From a virus, in the IMG/VR virus record IMGVR_UViG_3300013314_000001, positions 1-64,000 of that record: a DNA stretch of 64,000 nucleotides. One strand, 5' to 3'. The notes beneath the pieces were generated by a model that worked only from the letters and a program-made list of their open reading frames with translations, made no database searches and was not told where the DNA came from. This document shows positions 53,599 through 61,421 of the stretch, piece by piece. The position numbers were made by a program, and so were the translations under genes. The first letter of the stretch is position 1. Every line of letters begins with the position of its first letter.

Positions 53599-53766
53599 CC
53601 CCCGATTGCATTGTCTGTCTACCTGGGTGGGAGGAAAACCCACGCTATGATGTTGAAATGATTAAAGAAACATTTAAACTAATGGGCTATGACCTTGACA
53701 AAGGTTTGCAGGTTGATTGGGTAAAAGCTAAAGTTGTAAGTTGCGATCGCCCACACACCCGCACAT

Positions 53767-54159
53767 ATGAGACAACAGATAGTCAAACTATTACTTAAGC
53801 TAGCAATCTACTTCAGCCGCAGAAGATGGCGATTCATGCGTGACTGGACAGTGCGATTAAAGTTGTTTGTTGATGGTACATATTTCTGGCAACAATACAC
53901 AGTTAAGTTATGGAATCCTGCCACTGGTGAAACTAATCTAATCCCTGAGATTTCACCAAGCGATAAAACAATGCTTGAGACTTGGACTGTTGGTGATATG
54001 TCAAATAATCTCTATCGCTCAATCTACTTGAATGGTGGAGATAAAGATGATGACAAAATTTTAGTGACTATCCTTAATAAAAAAGGCTATATTATCTTAG
54101 ATGAAATCGCGTCAGCCACCAAAAAAAAAAGACAAATAGCCTTATCATTCTCAGCTTAG
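53767..54159 (+). CDS. hypothetical protein
   Basis: 130-aa ORF. Start is uncertain, and it competes with a frameshifted MAVENL-type reading frame upstream. Confidence 0.4.
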   Translation: MRQQIVKLLLKLAIYFSRRRWRFMRDWTVRLKLFVDGTYFWQQYTVKLWNPATGETNLIPEISPSDKTMLETWTVGDMSNNLYRSIYLNGGDKDDDKILVTILNKKGYIILDEIASATKKKRQIALSFSA

Positions 54160-54275
54160 GACTTCTTGTAGTTAATCTCTACTCATTCTTAATAGACCGT
54201 AGTTTCAATTCCATTCTACTAAGTTTGCTAAACTTAGTATCTTTGCTAGTAGCTGTAAATACAAAAATAAAATAT

Positions 54276-54286
54276 GAGCGTTAGCC
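54276..54286 (-). promoter_or_regulatory. motif B, degenerate copy at the distal end of the accessory island
   Basis: GAGCGTTAGCC (10 of 11). On the minus strand it directly follows the terminator hairpin ACCCCAG..CTGGGGT plus a T-rich run. Confidence 0.55.
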
Positions 54287-54295
54287 ACCAAAAGA

Positions 54296-54330
54296 AAATA
54301 GACCCCAGACATAATGCCTGGGGTGTACTG
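54296..54330 (-). terminator. terminator of the minus-strand island
   Basis: ACCCCAGGCATTATGTCTGGGGT followed by CTATTTTCTTTT on the minus strand. Coordinates are approximate. Confidence 0.6.
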
Positions 54331-54396
54331 ATGAAATAGACCCCACCTCTGTAAGCAGGGTCTATGGGTATCAATTTAGTTGATACCATTCTATCA

Positions 54397-54789
54397 TCAG
54401 CAAAGCGCTGCAATGAGTTCAGCCTTTCTCATATTGCTGTAACCTTTCAGCTTGCGATCGCTCGCCAACTTCTTAAGTTCTCTGATACCCAACCCCGCAA
54501 TATTTAGCCGAGGCATACGAGCCTTAGCCATTTGCACAATGTCAGGCATCTCATTGACTGCCTCCTCTGTATCAGGGACTTGATGAACCCACTCAAGGGT
54601 TGCATAAACAACTGGTTCAGTAACTGGAATAATTGGACTCTGAACTACTAAAGCGACTGATTCAATTGAGCTTTCAACTATTGCGTTGACCTGGGGTGTA
54701 TGGAGTAAACCCCGAATGAATAGACCAACAAATAATGTAACTGAACTGACAAGAATGATAACGAATAAATGTGTTAAAATGACTTGCAT
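54397..54789 (-). CDS. membrane-anchored protein with C-terminal HeH/SAP (Rho-N-like) motif
   Basis: N-terminal TM LFVIILVSSVTLFVGLFI. C-terminal IRELKKLASDRKLKGYSNMRKAELIAAL. Confidence 0.5.
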   Translation of the reverse strand: MQVILTHLFVIILVSSVTLFVGLFIRGLLHTPQVNAIVESSIESVALVVQSPIIPVTEPVVYATLEWVHQVPDTEEAVNEMPDIVQMAKARMPRLNIAGLGIRELKKLASDRKLKGYSNMRKAELIAALC

Positions 54790-54865
54790 GATAAGCTCCT
54801 AAGTATTGGTAAGTTGTTAATTATGTTGCGAGAACTCCGTAAGATATACTACGGAGTTCTTTCTA

Positions 54866-55453
54866 TTAATGAGATTGAATCTTGGCGATGATTTCAGCTT
54901 TAGTGCCATCAGCCTTAAAGCCAAGTTTCTTAGCAATGACTTTCAACTGCTTGACTGTACAAGCCCAAAGTTCTTCGGTTGTCCAATCGCTAGCAAAGAT
55001 TGCAGGTGCAACTTCAGCCCAATCATCAAAGTTATTACCAGAAGTAATACCTGGAAATAATTTAACAACGCTGATGGACATATCCCACTCATCACGAATG
55101 ATAGGACGTACAGCCGCAGGTGCAGCTAGACACTTCTCAAGTAACTTGAAAGTATTAATACGGTTAGAGGGAAGATTAGATTTACCGCATGACTTGTAGA
55201 GTGTGCTGTAAACTTCGGGAGTAGCCAAAAACTCGATAGCACGGCACTTACGATTAGCTGAGTAAGGCGCACCGGACTGCCATGAATCCTTGATGATTGT
55301 ACCCTTGAATGAACCAGTAACTTCGCATGCTTCCGAGAAGTACAAGCGACCGTAAACTGTACCGACTTTAACTAGAATACCAGATGCAGAGATAAAGTCA
55401 AGTCCAGCTACGATAAGTTGGAATTCAGGGCGAACGATTGTAGATGTAGACAT
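54866..55453 (-). CDS. protein with C-terminal HeH/SAP motif
   Basis: Start refined to ATG 55453, preceded by AGGAG. C-terminal TVKQLKVIAKKLGFKADGTKAEIIAKI. Confidence 0.5.
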   Translation of the reverse strand: MSTSTIVRPEFQLIVAGLDFISASGILVKVGTVYGRLYFSEACEVTGSFKGTIIKDSWQSGAPYSANRKCRAIEFLATPEVYSTLYKSCGKSNLPSNRINTFKLLEKCLAAPAAVRPIIRDEWDMSISVVKLFPGITSGNNFDDWAEVAPAIFASDWTTEELWACTVKQLKVIAKKLGFKADGTKAEIIAKIQSH

Positions 55454-55499
55454 GATTGAAACTCCTAAAAAATATGAAACTGATTTACAACAAAACATC

Positions 55500-55530
55500 C
55501 ACGCGAAGCGTTTAAAGAAAAATATTTCTT
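55500..55530 (-). promoter_or_regulatory. motif A copy 4
   Basis: Minus strand AAGAAATATTTTTCTTTAAACGCTTCGCGTG, 46 nt before ATG 55453. Confidence 0.75.
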
Positions 55531-55601
55531 ATGAGTGGATGTAGTACAAAGAAGAAGGCTATTGCGGTGCAATCGCCTTCTGTCCGAGTACAATTGATTG
55601 A

Positions 55602-56054
55602 TTAGGCGTAGACTTTTAACGCATCAAGTGCATCGTTATATTGAGAGTTGAGTAATGCAAAGTCTTCAGCGTTGCCACCAGCGTCGGGGTGCATAGTCTT
55701 AGCAGCGTTACGATATTCGGCTTTAACTTCAGCGATTGTAGAAAAGTTGCTAAAGCGAGTACGAGGTCTTAACCAACCACGTAAGAACTGCTCAAACTCA
55801 TTCTCGTCGTCATTGTAGTTATCATCGCAGCCGTAATCTTCCCACTCAGTAGAAGGAAATTTAGAGTACAAAGCATCAATTACTGAGTCAGATGCTTTGA
55901 TAATTTCAATCAAGATATAGCGACTGAATGAAGTTAAGTTGAAGCGAACGCCGAACTTCTGCAACCAAGCAACTGTTACATCAAACTTGGAACCGTCTAT
56001 CTTAAGTTCGTATTGGCTGTAGTCAAAGTTGTAGTTGAATGTGGTGTTAAACAT
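55602..56054 (-). CDS. J-domain (DnaJ-like) protein
   Basis: C-terminal AEVKAEYRNAAKTMHPDAGGNAEDFALLNSQYNDAL with the HPD tripeptide. Confidence 0.7.
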   Translation of the reverse strand: MFNTTFNYNFDYSQYELKIDGSKFDVTVAWLQKFGVRFNLTSFSRYILIEIIKASDSVIDALYSKFPSTEWEDYGCDDNYNDDENEFEQFLRGWLRPRTRFSNFSTIAEVKAEYRNAAKTMHPDAGGNAEDFALLNSQYNDALDALKVYA

Positions 56055-56088
56055 GATTGAATCCTTGAGATGATTGACACCACATCAA

Positions 56089-56116
56089 CAGCGCGAAGCG
56101 TTTAAAGAAAAATATT
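56089..56116 (-). promoter_or_regulatory. motif A copy 5
   Basis: Minus strand AATATTTTTCTTTAAACGCTTCGCGCTG, 34 nt before ATG 56054. Confidence 0.75.
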
Positions 56117-56146
56117 CTCCCTGGCGTTGTACCAGAGAGAAGCGCA

Positions 56147-56632
56147 TCATAAGCCTTTGTATTTAACCCAAGACTTCCAAACATTATCAGTCGGGACATC
56201 TTTGCGAATGGCATAATTAACACAATTGCCAGTGCCACCACTAGAGCCATCATGTAATGCAAGAAGGCGATCGCAATGGTCAACCATCCAAGCATTACGA
56301 ACCATCATCTTAGATGCAGAGTAGCCACCATCGGAAACAATCACAATCTCAGATGCAACAGAAAGAATGTAATTGAAACGCTCACGGTCAGGTAATTGCC
56401 AGCGAGACTCTTGACCCTTGAAAGGAACAGCAGCAATCAAAGGGATATGCAATTTAATAGCAGCCAAAGCAATCGCAGTATCCCAACCCAATGCCATGCC
56501 AGAGATGACCTTTGTAGGATTGCGAGATGATAAATAAGCAGCAGCCAAGTCAGTCAAACGCTCACGCACTGTATTAGAATAACCGCCCAATTTCTCAGGA
56601 CGATGACCAGTACCAGCAATTATTAAAGTCAT
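56147..56632 (-). CDS. SLOG-superfamily protein (DUF1273/YpsA-like)
   Basis: LIIAGTGHRPEKLGGY...VISGMALGWDTAIALAA...IAAVPFKGQESRW...VRNAWMVDHCDRLLALHDG matches the DUF1273 pattern. The overlapping ORF 56047..56295 is judged spurious. Confidence 0.6.
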   Translation of the reverse strand: MTLIIAGTGHRPEKLGGYSNTVRERLTDLAAAYLSSRNPTKVISGMALGWDTAIALAAIKLHIPLIAAVPFKGQESRWQLPDRERFNYILSVASEIVIVSDGGYSASKMMVRNAWMVDHCDRLLALHDGSSGGTGNCVNYAIRKDVPTDNVWKSWVKYKGL

Positions 56633-56662
56633 AATGAACCCTCATTAATTACACCTCCTTAT

Positions 56663-56690
56663 CAGCGCGAAGCGTTTAAAGAAAAATATT
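56663..56690 (-). promoter_or_regulatory. motif A copy 6
   Basis: Identical 28-nt core, 30 nt before ATG 56632. Its upstream flank is also shared with copy 7. Confidence 0.75.
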
Positions 56691-56721
56691 CCCTGAACTA
56701 TTTAGCTCAAGGAAAAACTTT

Positions 56722-57048
56722 CTACACTTGCTCACTTGCAATTAACCAGTTAACCGCACTCACAATAATATCTGCATGACAGGCGAGGGGCTTGCACCAA
56801 CACACAAGCCTAATGCTCTCACCAGCTTTTACTCTACGAGCGATCGCAAACAACTCCGCACGAGCCTTAGAGCTTTCGTTCTTAATCTCAGCCCATAGCC
56901 AAATACGATAAGCAGCAACTACAGTTTCTCTGTCTGCTTCACTTTTCATAGCAAATGGATTGCCTAGTGGAAAAGGTCTACCCACATAAACATCAGACCA
57001 GCCTAGCTCACTACTTAAGTTCCGTTTGCTAACAACTTTGATATTCAT
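56722..57048 (-). CDS. DUF4326-family protein
   Basis: VYVGRPFPLGNPF...VAAYRIWLW...IRLVCWCKPLACHADII matches the DUF4326 pattern. Confidence 0.65.
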   Translation of the reverse strand: MNIKVVSKRNLSSELGWSDVYVGRPFPLGNPFAMKSEADRETVVAAYRIWLWAEIKNESSKARAELFAIARRVKAGESIRLVCWCKPLACHADIIVSAVNWLIASEQV

Positions 57049-57079
57049 AATTGAACTCCTACTGATTACACTTCCCCTT

Positions 57080-57107
57080 CAGCGCGAAGCGTTTAAAGAA
57101 AAATATT
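57080..57107 (-). promoter_or_regulatory. motif A copy 7
   Basis: Identical 28-nt core, 31 nt before ATG 57048. Confidence 0.75.
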
Positions 57108-57295
57108 CACGCTTGACTAATTAGCTCAAGCAAAAACTCACCACCCATATTTACCCATGCGTAGTTCTATTTCTGAGTTGTACTCATCATCATAAAAAGC
57201 ATCCATGAATATTTGACATAGTGAATTGAGTAGCAGTAGTCTCATGGTGGTCAATTCGTAGTTGAGGATTCACGCCAATTGGCATCACATTATTC

Positions 57296-57306
57296 AGGCG
57301 TTAGCC
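57296..57306 (-). promoter_or_regulatory. motif B copy 18 (head of the accessory island)
   Basis: Perfect 11-mer in the divergent region next to plus-strand ORF 57360. Confidence 0.85.
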
Positions 57307-57359
57307 TCTTTCCCCAACAGCTAGGAACACTCAACGCGTAGTACGTTAAAGCTTAAACC

Positions 57360-57842
57360 ATGAGTGTAATTGAGAACCAAGAACATTTAATCGCTCAAAC
57401 CCAACAGTTGTATGGTGATTTGTTGAATGCTGGTAAGTATGCTGAGGCGATCGCAATCGGTAAACTGATTCTGGATTTGTCAGTTGCCTACAAAGAACTA
57501 GGCACTGTTTATCCATCAATTGCTAAGTCTAGTGAAACTGGCTGGATAAAGAGTGAACCATTTGGTACAGCTTTTGGTCAGACAAACTTCGCAAGTATTA
57601 GTCCTATCAGCCAAAGAATTAAGAGAATTAGTAATCACCCATCTCCAGAAATTATGGAGGAATTATATAAACAAAAAATAAATAATAGTCAACCATACCA
57701 ACCTGCTCAGTATGCGTGGGCTGATGGTTTTGAGGGAGTAACAGTACCTCCACGAGAAACTGAGGCACCCAATTTACCAAATCCCAATGGCATCTCATCA
57801 CAGCCTAGACCCGACTACTGGGAAGATAATCGTCGCCAATGA
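57360..57842 (+). CDS. hypothetical protein
   Basis: 160-aa ORF. Confidence 0.5.
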   Translation: MSVIENQEHLIAQTQQLYGDLLNAGKYAEAIAIGKLILDLSVAYKELGTVYPSIAKSSETGWIKSEPFGTAFGQTNFASISPISQRIKRISNHPSPEIMEELYKQKINNSQPYQPAQYAWADGFEGVTVPPRETEAPNLPNPNGISSQPRPDYWEDNRRQ

Positions 57843-58270
57843 CACAACCCGTAGAGAATACAAGTCGATACACAAGTGTTACAACGTCTACGCAACCAGA
57901 GGGGATTGTTTTAACCTTTCAGAATATCTCTGTGTTCTTGGGTATCTTGGTTAGCTTAAGCGTTTTATCCACGATTGTTATTAGACTTATTACCAGTCAG
58001 AATAAAGTATCGACTGCAATTGACCAAATAGAAAAAGCGCTTAAAGAATATGCTGCAAACTTTGACAAGCTTCGTGAAGTTGAAAGAACTCTAGACTTTC
58101 ACGTTAGAGATTACACGAATCAAAATAAAATACTTCAGTTGGTACTTGAACAAACAAATCAAAAGTCAGAAGATAAGATTCAGCGATTACAGTTAGAAGT
58201 GAAAGAGATGCAGTCGTTTCTAAAGCGTGATTTGAAATTTGTTATTCGTAATAAGAATGAAGCTGAGTAA
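57839..58270 (+). CDS. membrane-anchored coiled-coil protein
   Basis: TM segment ISVFLGILVSLSVLSTIVIRLI followed by heptad-like repeats. Confidence 0.5.
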   Translation: MTQPVENTSRYTSVTTSTQPEGIVLTFQNISVFLGILVSLSVLSTIVIRLITSQNKVSTAIDQIEKALKEYAANFDKLREVERTLDFHVRDYTNQNKILQLVLEQTNQKSEDKIQRLQLEVKEMQSFLKRDLKFVIRNKNEAE

Positions 58271-58399
58271 TAAAGCAAGACAATCTTTAAGCACAGTTAG
58301 GCAATTACGCCAAGCTAAAAAGTATTTGGGTGTTGATGCAATATATTTGTTTGTCTCAGATGTTGATAGTGATTGGTTAAAAAGGTGGGTTGATGTGGG

Positions 58400-58448
58400 A
58401 TAATAGTTAAAGCCCAGCGTTCTTTTACTTGGCAGTTGAGAACCTGGG
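58400..58448 (+). repeat. 48-nt repeat, copy 2
   Basis: See 53551..53598. Contains the TTG start of ORF 58429. Confidence 0.75.
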
Positions 58449-58665
58449 GATGGTACACCTAATTACGGTAGGCGACATGAATCATTATAACTCCGATGTG
58501 CATATTCTTGATGTGCTTTGCAAGAATGGACATGACTGGAATAACACTGGTAAAAGTTTAAGGTATAAGGTTAATGGACTTTGCATAGGTTGTCAGCAAG
58601 CCAGAAGGTTAGCTAATCGTTGCCATTGTTTTAATAGGAACTATAGCCATGATGTTAAGTATTAA
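58429..58665 (+). CDS. small Cys-rich protein (MAVENL family)
   Basis: 78 aa with a TTG start. Contains C..GH...C.GC. Its 5' end is duplicated after terminase, where it is frameshifted. Confidence 0.4.
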   Translation: MAVENLGMVHLITVGDMNHYNSDVHILDVLCKNGHDWNNTGKSLRYKVNGLCIGCQQARRLANRCHCFNRNYSHDVKY

Positions 58666-58670
58666 CTTTC

Positions 58671-60791
58671 ATGGCTCATGGCATCCTCGACCAAATAATT
58701 GAATCAATACTTGACCCTACGAGTAAGGGGATGTCAGGCAATACACTAATTGTTGCAAATCATTTGCAGCAAATGAAATTATTCTCACTAAGAGGCGGGG
58801 TTGAAATTCTTCCTACACAAGACGATGATTATGATTCGAGGAAGAAGTTCATTGACAACATCTGGAAACAAAATCAGCTTGACCTTTACTTAGATAAAAT
58901 CTGGGACTTCACATTACTCAAAGGTCAAATTCTTTTATACCTCAGACCAACTAAAGATGGAACATATAAAATATATTTCTATCCCAAAGACAGCTTCCGT
59001 GCCTACTATAACAGCGACGGTGATTTGGCTGAGGTGGTCATCCGATACAACTTTAAAGTACGTGGACAATTTGACAACGCTCAGAACTTGCACTGGATTA
59101 AACTCAGAATCACCTCAGAAACAGTAGAGCAAACCGAGACTGACCAGCAGCCTAGTTTTGATGGCGAGTATCTAACTAGCATGAATGCAAAAACCTATAC
59201 CAACACACTCAAGTTTATACCTTGTGTAGTAGTTAGAAATGCACCAACTGGACCAGGTGAAGATGGGGTGTGCGAGTTTGAACATTTGCGATCGCAGATT
59301 GAGACCCATGACAAATTGATGGGTGCTATCAATGCAAACTTAGCATTCTTTGGTAATCCCTCACTGGTAACTACTCGTTCTCCAACAGAGATTATGGAGG
59401 CGATAGAGGATGACACACCAGCACTTAATAAAAGTCGTACTCTTTCAAGCGCTGGCGGCTGGTATGGGGATACTACAAATAGCAGTCGCAAACAAGACCC
59501 CTTTGCTTATCGTGCAGGACAAGAAGGCATTAGGGTTAAGCGTGTAGTCGGTAACGTGTCGAATGATGAGCGATTTGGTTACATTGCACCTGACCCTATA
59601 TCACCTGACCATACCCAACACGTTAGGGAAATGCGAGAAGCAATTCACTTTGCACTAGGGGGAATTGATGAACGGGGGATGACGGCAACCGCTACAGCTT
59701 ACGAGATGAAAAGTATCTACGGTCGAGTTGCTGCAACTGCTATTAAAAAGTGCAGGGCTATTTACGATCATGGACTATGTAAGTTATTTGAAATGGCGTT
59801 AGCTGCTGAAGAAGATTTATTCAAGCAATCTCTAGCAGTTGCACTTAAGAAAACTCCTGAAGAAATGACAGAGGGTTTTATTCAAGACTTAACAAACAAA
59901 GGAAAGATTCCACCTAATGTATTTGGACTACCACCAATAGGTAATCGTCAAATCAAATGGCGTTGGACTGGGCCAGTGTTTGAACCCAGCCCAACAGACA
60001 TGAGAGATAAGACAATTGCAGCTCGTAACTATCAAGAACTTGGTGTGCGATCGCTCGAAAGTCTCAAGACTATTTTTGATAATAAAACTGATAAAGAATT
60101 AGAAGGAATGCTAAAAGGTGGATATCCTTTTAGATACATGAGTAGCGTTGGTAATACGACTTCTCAGTTCTTAGGATTATATCAACAAATGCTTAACTTA
60201 CCTAATGGACAAGGACAGTCATTAGCCCAAACAGTACAGATGCCTCCACTAATTAGTAGAAGTATTGATACCCTTTATAAGGAACTAAACTATGACCCAA
60301 GATTCGACGCAGTACAACCAGGGGACATCCCCGACTATCGAGTCGGCGCAAGCTCCTACAGTAATTTCCTTTCCCCAGGTGGCGGCGCAATACCAGGGGC
60401 AGCAGGTAGCACAACCCCAGCAGGGACAAGTAGTACAATTCCCGGTATATCAAACGCCCCAAGTCCTCTCGCAGCCTCCGGTATCCTCCCCTTCCCAGTC
60501 CAAACCTTCGGAGGACAACCCATGGAAACAGGCGTTCGAGTCGGTAACATCCTTCCTGAGTACGCCGCTGACCTCCCCATATCAGGGTCAACAGTCACAA
60601 TCCCAAACACGCCAATTGCCGGGGGCTTACAACCCAACCAATCCATACTCAGCAGCCAATTACCGCCAGGGTCAGCAATCCCCCCAGACCTCGCAGTCGG
60701 CGCAGAACAACCAGGCTCAATCTGGAGTCAGCTATTCCCCACAGTCGCAGCAGCAACAAGTAAGCTACGCAAACATACCTCAAAGAAGTAG
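58671..60791 (+). CDS. portal protein (putative) with P/G/S-rich C-terminal extension
   Basis: 706-aa ORF in the canonical position between terminase and the scaffold/capsid genes. No exact motif recognised. The last ~165 codons overlap ORF 60292..61242. Confidence 0.55.
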   Translation: MAHGILDQIIESILDPTSKGMSGNTLIVANHLQQMKLFSLRGGVEILPTQDDDYDSRKKFIDNIWKQNQLDLYLDKIWDFTLLKGQILLYLRPTKDGTYKIYFYPKDSFRAYYNSDGDLAEVVIRYNFKVRGQFDNAQNLHWIKLRITSETVEQTETDQQPSFDGEYLTSMNAKTYTNTLKFIPCVVVRNAPTGPGEDGVCEFEHLRSQIETHDKLMGAINANLAFFGNPSLVTTRSPTEIMEAIEDDTPALNKSRTLSSAGGWYGDTTNSSRKQDPFAYRAGQEGIRVKRVVGNVSNDERFGYIAPDPISPDHTQHVREMREAIHFALGGIDERGMTATATAYEMKSIYGRVAATAIKKCRAIYDHGLCKLFEMALAAEEDLFKQSLAVALKKTPEEMTEGFIQDLTNKGKIPPNVFGLPPIGNRQIKWRWTGPVFEPSPTDMRDKTIAARNYQELGVRSLESLKTIFDNKTDKELEGMLKGGYPFRYMSSVGNTTSQFLGLYQQMLNLPNGQGQSLAQTVQMPPLISRSIDTLYKELNYDPRFDAVQPGDIPDYRVGASSYSNFLSPGGGAIPGAAGSTTPAGTSSTIPGISNAPSPLAASGILPFPVQTFGGQPMETGVRVGNILPEYAADLPISGSTVTIPNTPIAGGLQPNQSILSSQLPPGSAIPPDLAVGAEQPGSIWSQLFPTVAAATSKLRKHTSKK

Positions 60792-61242
60792 TACAGCATT
60801 TGCTAGTACAGAAGAACTAATCGGTCAACTTGGCCCACGGGCTGCTGAGATTTTAAACGAGTCTCATTGTAAAACTGAAGACCAGTTACAGTTAGTTACT
60901 CAACAAGCGCAGATATTACATCGTTTTGCATTAGAGTCTGTACAGACAATGCAACAGCTTGCACCGCACATTGAGCGTTACGCTCGGATGGAAAGTTTGT
61001 TAACTGACCCAGATAGATTAGCTGCTTACACAGTTGACTATTTTACTTATATTAAACCACTTCCTGAAAGACCTAATGCAGCCGCTTCTCTAGTACGCCC
61101 CGACTTTCCTTCTATGCCTACTAATTCTGGAGGCAACGGACAAATGCGATTAGCTAATGTGCGGCCTGACCAGCGATGGATGGTTGCTGACAGGATGGAA
61201 GCACAAGGGCTGATGAATGGTAAAACTATTATTGTGCAGTAA
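60292..61242 (+). CDS. Q/P-rich protein with helical C-terminal domain, scaffold-like
   Basis: 316 aa. An AGGA box lies 8 nt upstream of the ATG. Its Q-rich composition matches other proteins of this phage. Positioned between portal and capsid genes. Confidence 0.45.
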   Translation: MTQDSTQYNQGTSPTIESAQAPTVISFPQVAAQYQGQQVAQPQQGQVVQFPVYQTPQVLSQPPVSSPSQSKPSEDNPWKQAFESVTSFLSTPLTSPYQGQQSQSQTRQLPGAYNPTNPYSAANYRQGQQSPQTSQSAQNNQAQSGVSYSPQSQQQQVSYANIPQRSSTAFASTEELIGQLGPRAAEILNESHCKTEDQLQLVTQQAQILHRFALESVQTMQQLAPHIERYARMESLLTDPDRLAAYTVDYFTYIKPLPERPNAAASLVRPDFPSMPTNSGGNGQMRLANVRPDQRWMVADRMEAQGLMNGKTIIVQ

Positions 61243-61421
61243 TGGATAATAAATCTCGTCTAAGTTTATCAATTGATTATCTCAATCAAATTGATAAAGA
61301 GCTTAACCAAGAACAAAAAGAAAATGGTTCTCGTGAAGTTGCTATCGCTATAACTCATTTACAAACAGCCATTCTTTGGCTTCAGAAATCTGAGTTTATT
61401 GTAAGTGAGGTTGTGAAGTAA
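61242..61421 (+). CDS. small protein, not in ORF track
   Basis: 59 aa, MDNKSRLSLSIDYLNQIDKELNQEQKENGSREVAIAITHLQTAILWLQKSEFIVSEVVK. TAATG coupling at both ends. Confidence 0.4.
   Translation: MDNKSRLSLSIDYLNQIDKELNQEQKENGSREVAIAITHLQTAILWLQKSEFIVSEVVK

Noticed and set aside
53547-53798. A C-terminal extension of TerL by TGA read-through.
   Set aside because: It is only in-phase openness. There is no read-through context that I can justify, and the duplicated MAVENL 5' element offers a simpler explanation (a decayed paralogue). It is reported as a finding to check and is not annotated.
56047-56295. ORF 56047..56295 overlapping the SLOG gene 3' end and motif A copy 5.
   Set aside because: It is in an alternative frame of the SLOG gene and runs across an intergenic promoter-like element. 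Its hydrophobic, nonsense-like sequence also argues against it.
60253-60646. Minus-strand ORFs 60253..60591 and 60356..60646.
   Set aside because: They lie in the locally GC-rich, stop-depleted portal/scaffold overlap segment. They are Arg/Gly/Leu/Pro-rich products typical of antisense reading of Q/P-rich genes.
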